Assembly (NCBI GenBank): GCA_022340825.1
Contig: JAJDNE010000048.1
Location: 20 to 64,019 of the forward strand
Reading direction: 5' to 3'
Length of the DNA: 64,000 nucleotides
Source of the DNA: Acidiferrobacterales bacterium
Lineage (GTDB): Bacteria > Pseudomonadota > Gammaproteobacteria > Acidiferrobacterales > JAJDNE01
Shown: positions 18,891 through 31,885 of the stretch, one piece after another
How the letters are laid out: the number at the start of each line of letters is the position of its first letter
How positions within the stretch are numbered: the stretch's first letter is position 1
Made by a program: the position numbers and the translations under genes
The notes under the pieces: generated by a model
Database searches by the model: none
What the model was told of the DNA's origin: nothing
Seen by the model: the letters and a program-made list of their open reading frames with translations, nothing else

Positions 18891-19802
18891 CTAGCTCGGC
18901 TCAATTTCCGATAAATGGCGCCCAACTGCCAACCTGGAACCGAGCCAGCCCAGCAAGGCGCCGGTGGCGAGCAGGGCGACGGCGGCGCGAAAATCCAGGC
19001 CTTTTACCCGAAAATCACTGCCATAAAGCAGGGCCAGATCCGCCACTGGGCCCGCTACAACCGACAGAGATAATTGGATTAGCAGCCAGGCAGCAAGCGC
19101 TCCAAAAAGGCCTTGCAGGGCCCCGGAGTAGAGGAATGGGCGACGAATAAAGGCGCCGGTACCGCCAATCAGCTTGATGACCTCGATCTCATCGCGGCGA
19201 TTGTAGACCGCCAGGCGGATAGTATTACCAATAATAAGAAGCACCGACGCCGCCAACACCACTGCCAACAAGGTGGCCGCGCGCCGGGTAATCTCGAGCA
19301 GGGCATTGAGTCGCTGCACCCATTCGAAATCGAGCTGTACAATATCGACCTCGGATGATTTTTTCAGGCGTTCGACCAGGGCGGTTAGCGCTTCGGCATC
19401 GGCATCCGCCAGTACCGGCGTAACCAGCACGACACCGGGCAGAGGGTTGTCGAGCGTGTCGATGGCACTGCCAAAGCCGGACAGACGCTTGAATTCCGCC
19501 AGGGCCTCCTTTGGCGGGATGTATTCTGCCTTTGCCACACCTGGGATCTTGCGAACTCGCTCAGTCCAGTGTTCAGCGTGCGAGTCGTTTACGCTCTTTT
19601 TCAGGAACACGGAAATCCGGGCGCTGCTGTCAATGCCGCCACTAACGCGTTGCACATTATCGATTAATACGTAGAGCCCCGAGGGTAGCGCCAGTGCCAC
19701 GCCGATCACGGCGATGGTCATCAGGCTGGCAAACGGGCTGCGTGCCAGTTGTCCCAGGCTGTAGAAAAATACCTGTGCGTGACGGAGCAGATAGTTACGC
19801 AT
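18891..19802 (-). CDS. ftsX: cell division permease-like protein FtsX
   Basis: 303 aa with 4 TM helices and a large first periplasmic loop, immediately downstream of ftsE. Confidence 0.85.
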   Translation of the reverse strand: MRNYLLRHAQVFFYSLGQLARSPFASLMTIAVIGVALALPSGLYVLIDNVQRVSGGIDSSARISVFLKKSVNDSHAEHWTERVRKIPGVAKAEYIPPKEALAEFKRLSGFGSAIDTLDNPLPGVVLVTPVLADADAEALTALVERLKKSSEVDIVQLDFEWVQRLNALLEITRRAATLLAVVLAASVLLIIGNTIRLAVYNRRDEIEVIKLIGGTGAFIRRPFLYSGALQGLFGALAAWLLIQLSLSVVAGPVADLALLYGSDFRVKGLDFRAAVALLATGALLGWLGSRLAVGRHLSEIEPS

Positions 19803-19826
19803 GACCTTGATCTCTTCGTGGGCGGC

Positions 19827-20498
19827 TCATGGGGCAGGTGCTCCATCGTAGTCGAGCTGGCCGTTATGTAGCTCCAGCACCCGGCGACCGAGACGTTGTA
19901 CCTGGCGCAGGTCATGGGTTGCGATCAGCACAGTAACACCGTGGTGATTAAAATCGGCCAGCAGATCCATAATCTCGGTGGACAGGGTATCGTCGAGATT
20001 ACCGGTGGGCTCATCGGCAACCAGCAGGGGTGGCTTGTTCACTACCGCACGAGCAATACCCACGCGTTGTTGTTCGCCACCGGAGAGGGTGATCGGATAA
20101 TCACGCTCTTTTTTGAGCAAGCCGACCTTGTCCAGGGCGGCACGCACGCGCCGACCCAGTTCGCGATGCTCGCAACCGGAAACCACCAGTGGCAGTGCCA
20201 CATTGTCGAACACCGTGCGGTCCATCAACAGCCGGTTGTTCTGGAAGACAATGCCGATTTCGCGCCGATAGTAGGGCACTCGAAAGCGACCAATCTTGGC
20301 GGTATTGCGATCATTGACCAGGATGCTGCCGCGGGTCGGGCGCTCAATCAGGGCAATTAACTTGAGTAGCGTCGACTTACCGGCACCGGAGTGGCCGGTG
20401 AGAAACACCATTTCCTCGTCGGCGATGTCGAAGCTCACCTGCATCAGTGCGTCATGGCCACTTTCGTAGCGCTTGGAGACTCTGTCGAAACGAATCAT
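19827..20498 (-). CDS. ftsE: cell division ATP-binding protein FtsE
   Basis: Walker [10 protein letters not shown], signature [14 protein letters not shown], and Walker [13 protein letters not shown]. Confidence 0.92.
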   Translation of the reverse strand: MIRFDRVSKRYESGHDALMQVSFDIADEEMVFLTGHSGAGKSTLLKLIALIERPTRGSILVNDRNTAKIGRFRVPYYRREIGIVFQNNRLLMDRTVFDNVALPLVVSGCEHRELGRRVRAALDKVGLLKKERDYPITLSGGEQQRVGIARAVVNKPPLLVADEPTGNLDDTLSTEIMDLLADFNHHGVTVLIATHDLRQVQRLGRRVLELHNGQLDYDGAPAP

Positions 20499-21451
20499 GG
20501 TTTTTCCTGGTCGCTCCCTTCAGCGGGCAGCAGGGCATCAACAAATTCGTCAGCGCGAAAATCGCGCAAGTCTTCTGCCTTTTCGCCCACACCGATATAG
20601 CGCACCGGCTGGTTACCCTTGCCGGCGATGGCGACCAGGTTGCCACCCTTGGCGGTGCCGTCGAGCTTGGTCAGTACCAGTCCGGTGACATTGACTGCTT
20701 CATTAAAATGCATCAGTTGCGATATCGCGTTTTGACCGGTGCCTGCATCGAGCACCAGAATAACTTCATGAGGCGCTGCAGGATCAAGCTTGGCGATCAC
20801 GCGCCGGACCTTTTTCAGCTCGTCCATCAGTCCTGTCTGGGTGTGTTGACGACCGGCCGTATCAACGATCAATACGTCCATGCCTCTGGCGCGGGCTGCC
20901 TCCATGGCGTCATGAGTAACCGCCGCGGCATCTGCGCCAGTTTCCTGGGCAACCACCGGGATGTCGACTCGCTGGCCCCAGGTTTGTAGTTGCTCAACCG
21001 CCGCTGCGCGAAACGTGTCAGCTGCCGCGAGCATGACCTTGTATCCTTCCTGTTTCAGGCGCTGGGCCAGCTTGCCACAGGTGGTAGTCTTGCCGACGCC
21101 ATTGACGCCAACTGCCATGATTACGAAAGGTTTGTCCGATGTCGGGATAACAAGCGGTTGCTCGTGTGCCTTCAGGATATCGAGCATCGCCTGGCGCAAG
21201 TGCTGATAGACGGCACGCGAGTCGTTCAGCTCCTTGCGTTTGGCGCGATCGGTGATTTCATCCACCAGAGTTTGTGTGGCTTCCATGCCGACGTCGGAAC
21301 TTAATAGTACAGTTTCAATCTCTTCAAGAAGGTCGTCATCAATCTTGCGATCACCCAACAGCAGATCACCCAGACCGCGACCCAGGCTCTGGCGGGACTT
21401 GCCGAGTTTTTCGCTCAGCAGATTCGGTATATCGGGAGTATTGGCAGACAT
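20495..21451 (-). CDS. ftsY: signal recognition particle receptor FtsY (NG domain only)
   Basis: GTPase motifs GVNGVGKTTTCGKLA, DTAGR and TKLDGTAKGG. At only 318 aa it has no long acidic A domain. Confidence 0.92.
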   Translation of the reverse strand: MSANTPDIPNLLSEKLGKSRQSLGRGLGDLLLGDRKIDDDLLEEIETVLLSSDVGMEATQTLVDEITDRAKRKELNDSRAVYQHLRQAMLDILKAHEQPLVIPTSDKPFVIMAVGVNGVGKTTTCGKLAQRLKQEGYKVMLAAADTFRAAAVEQLQTWGQRVDIPVVAQETGADAAAVTHDAMEAARARGMDVLIVDTAGRQHTQTGLMDELKKVRRVIAKLDPAAPHEVILVLDAGTGQNAISQLMHFNEAVNVTGLVLTKLDGTAKGGNLVAIAGKGNQPVRYIGVGEKAEDLRDFRADEFVDALLPAEGSDQEKP

Positions 21452-21513
21452 TCTTATGACAGGTAAACGCTACGTGCGGTATCCTAACATTGTTGTAGTG
21501 ACGGATTAAGGAA

Positions 21514-22884
21514 ATGCATCGATTACGGATTATTCTGGGCCTTCTGGCCCTCGTTTCACTTGTAAGTGCCTGCAGTAAAACCCACGAAACCACCCTAGGC
21601 AATGGCCTCAAGGTCATCGTGCAGGAAGACCATCGTTCGCCGGTGGTGGTCTCGCAGATCTGGTATAAGATCGGTGGTATCGACGAGCCAAAGGGCATCA
21701 CCGGTGTTTCCCACGTGCTGGAGCACATGATGTTCAAGGGCACTAAAAAACACCCTGCTGGCGAGTTCTCGCGCATCATTGCCGAAAACGGCGGTCGCGA
21801 GAATGCCTTTACCAGCCGCGATTACACCGCCTATTTCCAGACACTGGAAAAATCCCGCCTGCCGATAGCGTTTGAGCTTGAAGCCGATCGCATGCGCAAC
21901 CTGACGTTGGACCCGAAGGAATTTAAAAAAGAAATCCAGGTCGTGATGGAAGAGCGTCGCATGCGCACCGAGGACAAGCCGGAGGGCAAACTGTTCGAGC
22001 AGTTCAACAGTACAGCTTACCGGGTCCATCCTTATGGCAACCCTATCATTGGCTGGATGGAAGATCTCAAGGGGCTCACCGTCGACGATGTCGCTAAATG
22101 GTATCGACGCTGGTACGCCCCCAACAATGCCACCCTGGTCGTGGTTGGTGATGTCGAACCGAAAGAGGTTCTGGCATTGGCGAAAAAATACTTTGGTCCC
22201 GTTCCGAGGCAGGAGCTTAAGCCCAGTAATCTGCCCGCAGAACCACCACAAACCGAGACGAGACGCGTCGTCGTAAAAGAACCGGCCACGGTGCCGTCGA
22301 TCATCCTTGGTTACCATGTGCCGGTGCTGGGCCAGGCAAAACCAAAGTGGGAGCCTTATGCCCTTGAGGTGCTCGCCGGCATTCTTGATGGCGGTAAGAG
22401 TGCGCGTTTTTCCACCGAGTTGGTACGCAATCTGCGTATTGCCAGCAGCGCAGGTGCTGGCTACGACGCGGTGTCTCGTGCGCCTTCTATGTTTCTGTTA
22501 AACGGTACGCCGGCGAATGGCCATACGACTGCGCAACTGGAACAGGCTTTGCTAGATCAGATTGAGCGCGTCAAAAAAGAACCCGTCAACGACGACGAGC
22601 TGCAGCGCGTGAAGGCGCAGGTGACTGCGAGCGATGTTTACAAGCGTGATTCGGTGTTTTACCAGGCAATGGAGATCGGCATGCTCGAGAGCTCTGGTCT
22701 GAGTCGCGAATATGTCGACGAATATGTTGATCGTATTAATGCCATCACGGCGAAACAGGTACGCGAGGTCGCAGAAAAATATCTGGTCAACTCCAATCTC
22801 ACGGTGGCCGTGCTTGAACCACAGGGCTTCGGTAAGGCCAGGCGCACCCCCCGTGCCATCCCCGGAGGTATTCATGGCCATTAA
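21514..22884 (+). CDS. M16 family zinc peptidase (active-site subunit)
   Basis: A signal peptide with a lipobox-like LVSAC, and the inverted zincin motif HVLEHMMFKGT. Confidence 0.85.
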   Translation: MHRLRIILGLLALVSLVSACSKTHETTLGNGLKVIVQEDHRSPVVVSQIWYKIGGIDEPKGITGVSHVLEHMMFKGTKKHPAGEFSRIIAENGGRENAFTSRDYTAYFQTLEKSRLPIAFELEADRMRNLTLDPKEFKKEIQVVMEERRMRTEDKPEGKLFEQFNSTAYRVHPYGNPIIGWMEDLKGLTVDDVAKWYRRWYAPNNATLVVVGDVEPKEVLALAKKYFGPVPRQELKPSNLPAEPPQTETRRVVVKEPATVPSIILGYHVPVLGQAKPKWEPYALEVLAGILDGGKSARFSTELVRNLRIASSAGAGYDAVSRAPSMFLLNGTPANGHTTAQLEQALLDQIERVKKEPVNDDELQRVKAQVTASDVYKRDSVFYQAMEIGMLESSGLSREYVDEYVDRINAITAKQVREVAEKYLVNSNLTVAVLEPQGFGKARRTPRAIPGGIHGH

Positions 22885-24178
22885 ACGCGTATTTCTACTG
22901 ATTGCGTTACTGGCGACTTCCAGTGTCTGGGCGTCACCGGCAATTCAGCACTGGAACCTGAAAAACGGTGCCCGCGTCTATTTCGTTGAAAGCCACGAGC
23001 TACCGATGGTGCGGGTTTCGATGGTGTTTGATGCCGGCAGCAGCCGCGACGACAAGGGTCTGGAAGCTCAGTCGTTGTTGACCAATCACCTGCTGGACGA
23101 AGGAACGACCGAGCTGGGTGCCGATGAAATCGCCGCGCGTCTCGAAGGATTGGGCGCGGAACTGAGCACCGATGTCGATCTGGATATGGCCAGCGTCGGT
23201 ATTCGCAGCCTGTCGGACAAGGAAAAACTGGCGCCGGCGCTGGATATTCTCACACGTCTGGTTACGAGGCCTGCGTTTCCGGAGGCAAGTCTCGAGCGTG
23301 AACGCCAGCGACTGCTGGTGGGACTCGAGCGCGCCGAGCAGGAGCCGGACGACAAGGCCGACAAGATTTTCAACAAGCTGGTGTTCGGTGCTCATCCCTA
23401 CGGCCGATCAAGCAGTGGCGACAAGAAAAGTGTGAAGGCGATCACTCGTGATGATCTGGTGCGCTTCCACAAGCAATACTACGTCGGGGCCAATGCCATC
23501 GTCGTGATTGTCGGCGACATGAGCAAGTCTCAGGCAAAGCGGGTATCGCGCAAGCTCGTTGGTAGCCTGCCAGCCGGTTCGCGAGCAGCGCCGCTGCCGC
23601 CGGTGCGTGATCTGACCGGGGCAGAGACGCGACGCATCGTTTTTCCATCGACACAAACCCACATTCTGATGGGTATGCCCGGCATGCGCCGTGGTGATCC
23701 GGATTATTTTCCATTGTATGTTGGTAACTACATTTTGGGTGGTGGCGGTCTCGTGTCGAGGCTGTCGCAGGAAATACGAGAGAAGCGTGGTCTGTCCTAT
23801 AGCGTGTACAGTTATTTCTATCCGTTGCGAGACAAGGGCCCGTTTGTCATGGGGTTGCAGACCCGCAACAAGCAGCGCGACCAGGCGCTAAAGGTGATGC
23901 GCGAGACCTTGAACACCTATATCAGCAAAGGTCCCAGCGAAACAGAACTGGAAGCCGCGAAGAAACATATTACCGGTGGCTTTGCCCTGCGGCTGGACAG
24001 CAGTGCCAAGATAGCGGGGTACCTCGCAGTGCTCGGGTTTTACCAGTTGCCGTTAACGTATCTCGATGACTTCAATAAAAAAATCGAGGCGGTAACGCTT
24101 GAGCAGGTGAAAGACGCGTTTAGCCGTCGCGTCGATCCAAAGCGCATGGTGACGGTAGTGGTCGGTGGCAAGGGATAA
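22874..24178 (+). CDS. M16 family peptidase paralog lacking HxxEH
   Basis: ORF track 22712..24178. The likely start is the ATG at 22874 (MAIKRVFLLIALLATSSVWA signal peptide). It has the M16 fold, but NHLLDEG replaces HxxEH. Confidence 0.8.
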   Translation: MAIKRVFLLIALLATSSVWASPAIQHWNLKNGARVYFVESHELPMVRVSMVFDAGSSRDDKGLEAQSLLTNHLLDEGTTELGADEIAARLEGLGAELSTDVDLDMASVGIRSLSDKEKLAPALDILTRLVTRPAFPEASLERERQRLLVGLERAEQEPDDKADKIFNKLVFGAHPYGRSSSGDKKSVKAITRDDLVRFHKQYYVGANAIVVIVGDMSKSQAKRVSRKLVGSLPAGSRAAPLPPVRDLTGAETRRIVFPSTQTHILMGMPGMRRGDPDYFPLYVGNYILGGGGLVSRLSQEIREKRGLSYSVYSYFYPLRDKGPFVMGLQTRNKQRDQALKVMRETLNTYISKGPSETELEAAKKHITGGFALRLDSSAKIAGYLAVLGFYQLPLTYLDDFNKKIEAVTLEQVKDAFSRRVDPKRMVTVVVGGKG

Positions 24179-24752
24179 ACCTGCCAGCGCGGGTTACCCG
24201 CAACGCCTGCGCATCATCGGTGGCGACTGGCGCGGTCGCCAGTTGCAGGTTGTCGAGAGCGAGGGTCTGCGACCCACCCCGGACCGTGTCCGCGAAACCC
24301 TGTTTAACTGGCTGCAAACGCGCATCGCCGGGGCCTATTGCCTGGACCTGTTCGCGGGAACCGGCGCACTATGTCTTGAGTCATTGTCTCGTGGCGCTGC
24401 GCGGGTGGTGATGGTGGAAAAGGCGCACGCGGTGGCACTGAATATCCGGCAGAATATCGAGAAACTCGGTGCCAGTGCCGCCGAACTGATCGAGACTGAC
24501 GCCGAGCGCTACCTGCAAGGACCGGTGGAGTCATTTGATATCATCTTTGTTGATCCACCGTTCCGTCACAGCGGCATGATAGACACCTGTCTCGCGGCGA
24601 TTAACCAGCGCGGCTGGATAAAACCCGGTGGCTGGGTGTATATCGAGGCGCCATCGGAAAGGGGTCAACCAGTACTACCGGCAGGTTGGCAGCTGGAACG
24701 CAGTAAAATCGCAGGTCAGGTGGGGTATCATCTGGCCAGGGCACCTGATTAA
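24165..24752 (+). CDS. rsmD: 16S rRNA (guanine966-N2)-methyltransferase
   Basis: RIIGGDWRGRQL, LRPTPDRVRETLFNWL and the DPPF motif. It lies upstream of coaD. Confidence 0.88.
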   Translation: MARDKPASAGYPQRLRIIGGDWRGRQLQVVESEGLRPTPDRVRETLFNWLQTRIAGAYCLDLFAGTGALCLESLSRGAARVVMVEKAHAVALNIRQNIEKLGASAAELIETDAERYLQGPVESFDIIFVDPPFRHSGMIDTCLAAINQRGWIKPGGWVYIEAPSERGQPVLPAGWQLERSKIAGQVGYHLARAPD

Positions 24753-24772
24753 ACTGACCCGGAGCCACATAA

Positions 24773-27246
<2,474 letters not shown>

Positions 27247-27252
27247 CCGGAA

Positions 27253-29247
27253 TCAGCCGACGCGATCTTCCAGCTCGAACTGCTTTGCATCGATTGATTT
27301 GTCTTCAGCCTTGAGCTGAGTCAGCAGTTTTTCGGCACGATCGTTAAATACCTTTTCCTGCTCGCGGACAATTTTGCGCGTCTCTTCGAGCTCTTTCACG
27401 CGGTCCTGCAATGTGTCGCTGGCCTGGTGGATGCGCTTGATTGACTCAAGTCGGCGACGCAACTGAATCTGGTGTTCGCGAACCTGCGACTCCATTGGTG
27501 ACATGATGTTTTTCAACCAGTTGTCGGCATCGCGGTTCGCCATTTTGTAAATCGCACGTACCTTGGCCACCGCCGAGTCATAGAATTTCTGCGAAACAAC
27601 TTTTTGCTCGGTCATCATCAGTGAGATGCCTGACATGAACTGCTCGTGTTTTTTTTCCAGCCGTTTAATCTCGCGTACATAGCGTGTTACCGAGAAGCTG
27701 GAGGGTTTGATGTTGCTCAGGCCATGTTCCTGCTGGAACTTGGCATAAACACCTTCCATCAGTTGCTTGATCTCATTGGCCTGCTGCGCTACTTCTTCCA
27801 TGGTGCTGCTTGCCTGGCCGAAGAAGTTCTTCATGCAGGCACGCAGGCCGCCGGTGGTCATACTGATTTCCATATCGCGCTTGGTCTGGGCAATGAGCTT
27901 GTCCAGGTTCTTGATATTCAGTTGCGCGTAGAGCACGTTGGTCTGTTGTGAAAAAATGCTGCGGGTCGCCTGAAAGCGCTGCAGGCTCTTCTCGAACACT
28001 TCCTTGTCGCCCCTGACTTTTTCCATCATGTGTCCAATGACATCCTTGTTCTTGCCGTTCAGGCTGGCGAGTTCGCTGATATGTTCGTACACACCTTTCA
28101 GGCGCTGCATGATAGTCGTGCGTGTGGCCTTGATAATTTCGTCCATGTCATCGCGGATATTGTTGCGCACGATGTCACGCTTGGCCGGCACCACTTCCTT
28201 ACCCAGTGCGTCTTCCAGTTCCAGCAGGCGACTGCGATCGAGAACCTTCTTGTCGGCCTTGACCTTACCGTACAGGCCCTTCTGCGCGGAGACCGGGAAG
28301 ATGTTACCCAGCGGTATCTTCAGGTGCTTGGCGGTATCCTTGATCTGGCGGTCAATTTCCTTCTGCACTTCCTTTTCATCGCGCAGCTCATCCCACAGGC
28401 CATCGATCTTGTTCAGCACCACCAGCCGGCCCTTCGACGAGCCGCTTTTTTCGCTACCGATGTGGTCATGCCAGACATCGATATCGGATTTGGTCACACC
28501 GGCGTCGGCTGCCAGGATAAATAGCACCGCATGGGCGCCCGGCAACATGTTCAACGTCAACTCCGGCTCTGCCCCCAACGCATTCAGGCCCGGGGTGTCG
28601 AGAATGACCAGACCGTTTTCCAGCAGTGGATGAGGGTAGTTGATAATGGCGTGGCGCCACATGGGCACTTCCACCTTGCCGTCATCGGAGATGTGCATGC
28701 CCTGTTCGTGTTCATCGGCGGCAACGTGAAAGCCGAGCGCCTGCGCTTCCTGTTGTGAAACGATTTTGGTCTCGGCGATGTGCTGCAGGGCCTGTGCCAT
28801 GCGATCCGCCGATTTCACGTCGAGCTTGACGGTCTTCCACTCATCGGCAAATCCACGATATTCGGCGATGGTCGTGCCGGTCTTGCGTGTTTCGATCGGC
28901 AACAGGCGCAACTGCGCTTCGGTGTTGCGTTCATACAAGAGCTCGGTCGGACACATGGTGGTGCGACCGGCAGCCGACGGCAGAATGCGCCGGCCAAGAC
29001 CGCCAAAGAATATGGCATTGATGAGTTCTGATTTACCGCGCGAGAATTCGGCGACGAAGGCGACATAGAGTTTGTCGTCGCGCAGGGTATCGAGTATGTG
29101 GGACAGCGACTGGTCTACCTGGATGTCGCTAAGGTCCTGCTCCTTCAGCCATTTCTGAAACGCCGCCACGTCACCATGGAGCTGCTGGCGCCATTCGCCG
29201 TACTCCTTGATGTGAGCTTCAATATCGGTGGCTGTGTGTGCTGTCAT
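27253..29247 (-). CDS. bacterial dynamin-like GTPase
   Basis: G1 AEFSRGKSELINAIF, G3 ILDTPGLNALG and G4 VVLNKID. The C-terminal half is long, charged and helical. Confidence 0.8.
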   Translation of the reverse strand: MTAHTATDIEAHIKEYGEWRQQLHGDVAAFQKWLKEQDLSDIQVDQSLSHILDTLRDDKLYVAFVAEFSRGKSELINAIFFGGLGRRILPSAAGRTTMCPTELLYERNTEAQLRLLPIETRKTGTTIAEYRGFADEWKTVKLDVKSADRMAQALQHIAETKIVSQQEAQALGFHVAADEHEQGMHISDDGKVEVPMWRHAIINYPHPLLENGLVILDTPGLNALGAEPELTLNMLPGAHAVLFILAADAGVTKSDIDVWHDHIGSEKSGSSKGRLVVLNKIDGLWDELRDEKEVQKEIDRQIKDTAKHLKIPLGNIFPVSAQKGLYGKVKADKKVLDRSRLLELEDALGKEVVPAKRDIVRNNIRDDMDEIIKATRTTIMQRLKGVYEHISELASLNGKNKDVIGHMMEKVRGDKEVFEKSLQRFQATRSIFSQQTNVLYAQLNIKNLDKLIAQTKRDMEISMTTGGLRACMKNFFGQASSTMEEVAQQANEIKQLMEGVYAKFQQEHGLSNIKPSSFSVTRYVREIKRLEKKHEQFMSGISLMMTEQKVVSQKFYDSAVAKVRAIYKMANRDADNWLKNIMSPMESQVREHQIQLRRRLESIKRIHQASDTLQDRVKELEETRKIVREQEKVFNDRAEKLLTQLKAEDKSIDAKQFELEDRVG

Positions 29248-29350
29248 GGCTCAACTATTTAGCAGGCAACGGATAATCGGGCAAATTCGATATATTGATT
29301 AAGTATATATCATAACCTTCGGATTTATTTAATCATTTTATGCTTGCTGA

Positions 29351-30172
29351 CTAACGTTGGCAGTGCCCGCAGAAGAAAACTGACCGATTGCCGCTAACCA
29401 CCCGACGAACGGTCGCGCCGCATACCTTGCAGGCTTCGCCCTCGCGTCCGTACACCATCAGTGTTTGCTGGAAATAACCGGGATCGCCCCTGGCATCGGA
29501 AAAATCCCGCAGGGTGGTGCCACCGACCCGTATTGCGGCGGTCAGGATCTCGCGGATGGCGGCGGCCAGCCTGTCATAGCGTGTCCGGCTAATGCGCCCG
29601 GCGGCCCGGCGCGGGTCGATACCGGCACGGAACAGCGCCTCATTGGCGTAGATATTCCCGACACCGACGACAATATGGCTGTCCATGATGAAATCCCGCA
29701 CCTGGCGTGAGCGGCCGCGGGAGCGGGTAAACAGGTATTCGCCGGAGAAATCACCGTCATCCGCCAATGGTTCCGGTCCGAGCGAGGCCAGCAGTTTGTG
29801 TCGCTGTGGCTCATTGGTGGTCCAAAGCACAGCCCCGAAGCGGCGCGGGTCGCGCAGGCGCAGGCACTGGCCATCTTGCAGCACAATATCGACATGGTCA
29901 TGGGGGCTGGCGGGTGTGTCGGCCGGGATCACCCGCAAGCTGCCGGACATGCCCAGGTGCAGTATCAAGTGGCCGTTCCCGGTATTGATAAGCAAGTACT
30001 TGCCACGGCGGCTGACAGACTCGATCTTCCGTCCCGACAATGTCCTGGCCAATCCCCTCGGCACCGGCCAGCGCAGTTTCGATTGGCGGACAATGGCAGT
30101 TTTGATGCGCTTACCCTCGAGCAGCGGTGCAATGCCACGACGCGTGGTTTCGACTTCGGGAAGTTCAGGCAT
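29351..30172 (-). CDS. mutM: formamidopyrimidine-DNA glycosylase
   Basis: [13 protein letters not shown], and the C-terminal zinc finger [25 protein letters not shown]. Confidence 0.95.
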   Translation of the reverse strand: MPELPEVETTRRGIAPLLEGKRIKTAIVRQSKLRWPVPRGLARTLSGRKIESVSRRGKYLLINTGNGHLILHLGMSGSLRVIPADTPASPHDHVDIVLQDGQCLRLRDPRRFGAVLWTTNEPQRHKLLASLGPEPLADDGDFSGEYLFTRSRGRSRQVRDFIMDSHIVVGVGNIYANEALFRAGIDPRRAAGRISRTRYDRLAAAIREILTAAIRVGGTTLRDFSDARGDPGYFQQTLMVYGREGEACKVCGATVRRVVSGNRSVFFCGHCQR

Positions 30173-30200
30173 GTTGTATCAGGCTACTGTCAAACCGGAG

Positions 30201-30878
30201 TTATGCGGTGTTTCGCTTGCCGATAAGAGAGAGCGAGCCGAAGCCAATCGTTAAGAACAGGATCGCCAGCCATTGCCAGAAGGCAAAGCTCAGCCAAAGC
30301 GGTATGTCATGCTCACTCCAATCGGTATTCACCCAGCCAATATCCCGTTGTGCAAAATATAAGTAGAGCTGCGAAATGCCTATTGCCACCAATGGCACTG
30401 TAACCAGTAGTGCAGGAAGCCCGTAGATGCGTTGCTGAAGCGTTGCCTGAACCAGAAAAACGACCAACCCAAGATAGAGTCCAAGGAATGTAATGATGCC
30501 GAGGATCTCGTGGCCCTTGGTTACCCACTGGCCAAGGTCACGTATGAATACCCCTTCAAGCCCAAGCAGTATGCCGCCGGCCAACCCTATGCGCAGGTTG
30601 AGCAGGGCGAATCGATTGGCTCCGGAATGATTTCCGACAAGCTGATTTCTTATCGCGCTCAGGTATTGCCAATGCAACGCCATCGACAAGCCGAACCCGG
30701 CGGCATACCAGACGCTGCCGTTCGGATTGTTCTCGTGCGAGGCGAGGGCGGAGGCGACCGTGTAATGCCAGTCGAATCCGCCGGGATAGTATTGAGCGGC
30801 GATCAGGATACCGGAACAAAGCACGACGACTGCGGCGGTATACCACCATAGCCCGGGAATGTGATTAATTGGTTTCAT
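30201..30878 (-). CDS. integral membrane protein (about 6 TM, DUF998-like)
   Basis: ORF track 30201..30902. The ATG at 30878 gives MKPINHIPGLWWY. The protein is hydrophobic throughout, and the family call is tentative. Confidence 0.5.
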   Translation of the reverse strand: MKPINHIPGLWWYTAAVVVLCSGILIAAQYYPGGFDWHYTVASALASHENNPNGSVWYAAGFGLSMALHWQYLSAIRNQLVGNHSGANRFALLNLRIGLAGGILLGLEGVFIRDLGQWVTKGHEILGIITFLGLYLGLVVFLVQATLQQRIYGLPALLVTVPLVAIGISQLYLYFAQRDIGWVNTDWSEHDIPLWLSFAFWQWLAILFLTIGFGSLSLIGKRNTA

Positions 30879-31056
30879 TGGCTGGCTTAAATATACAGGC
30901 AAGGAAAGTTAACGCAGGACCAATTATGTCAGCTTTGTCGGTACTTGGCGGCGTGCAACTGGAATCCGGAGAACGAATTTCCACTTTCGGCCTGTAGCGG
31001 ATGATTTCTATAGAGCCTGATCCTTTGTTGGTCTCTATCTGTTTTCATCATCAAAC

Positions 31057-31497
31057 TTAGATAGACCGAAGCAGGCTCATAAAAGCATCCGACAATTCTT
31101 TCCTTGTTACAAACAAAGTTTCTGATACACGCCAAGCAATTCCATGATCTCTATCGATACCAGGAAGAGCTACTGAACTATCTGTATCACCATACCGCCT
31201 TGCCGGTTCGAACTTTGCCAGAGGAATTCTTACTCGTTCAAACTTGTGCTTTACATCGGTAAAAACTTGTCTCGCAGTATCGTTCACGATCTCTGTATTA
31301 TCTCTGCACTTCTGATCTAATGAACGGACAATTTCATATGCCCCAAGTACCCAGAGATAAGAATCTCGAATACGATCTGTTAGCTCAGAAGATGTATCAA
31401 CTTTCTCACGCTCTACTTGGGGCAATGCTAAATAGGCAACGTCCTTGGAAATAAGCTCAGCATCTAACTTTCCCAACGCCTGAATTACTGGGGTCAT
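31057..31497 (-). CDS. hypothetical protein (146 aa) in the low-GC islet
   Basis: Open frame with no motif I recognise, predicted soluble and mostly helical. AT-rich codon usage differs from the neighbours. Confidence 0.4.
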   Translation of the reverse strand: MTPVIQALGKLDAELISKDVAYLALPQVEREKVDTSSELTDRIRDSYLWVLGAYEIVRSLDQKCRDNTEIVNDTARQVFTDVKHKFERVRIPLAKFEPARRYGDTDSSVALPGIDRDHGIAWRVSETLFVTRKELSDAFMSLLRSI

Positions 31498-31687
31498 AAA
31501 TGGCTCGAATCGTACTGTTCGATGCGATAACTGTATCCACTCTATATATCTGGGCCGGTCGATTATTTATATCTCCCATTCAAAGGTAAATTCGGAAAAT
31601 ATCTAAGTGTCCGCTCTGGATCGGCACCAGACAGTGTAGCCCAGGTTCCGCTTTTCAGTCAGCTTTCGGCCAGAAGCAGACTTATCG

Positions 31688-31885
31688 TTAAAATCCATCA
31701 GGAACTTTAAGTATCGTGTCAGCAGTCTCTTCCGCCCGAGACCTGTCGAGCTCGACTGACATTAATATGGCAATCATCTCGTTTCTATCTTTCTTGTTGG
31801 CAGCCCTATAGAAATCGTCTAATAGATGGGCATCATATAACCGCTCGTTCACGGTCTTATCTGAATGATTCTTTTCGTTACTCAT
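31688..31885 (-). CDS. hypothetical small protein (65 aa) in the low-GC islet
   Basis: Open frame MSNEKNHSDKTVNERLYDAHLLDDFYRAANKKDRNEMIAILMSVELDRSRAEETADTILKVPDGF with no recognised motif. Confidence 0.3.
   Translation of the reverse strand: MSNEKNHSDKTVNERLYDAHLLDDFYRAANKKDRNEMIAILMSVELDRSRAEETADTILKVPDGF

Noticed and set aside
31195-31225. A GGTTCGAAC string resembling a tRNA T-loop inside the low-GC islet.
   Set aside because: No complementary T-stem, acceptor stem or anticodon arm can be drawn around it, and it lies inside the 146 aa ORF.
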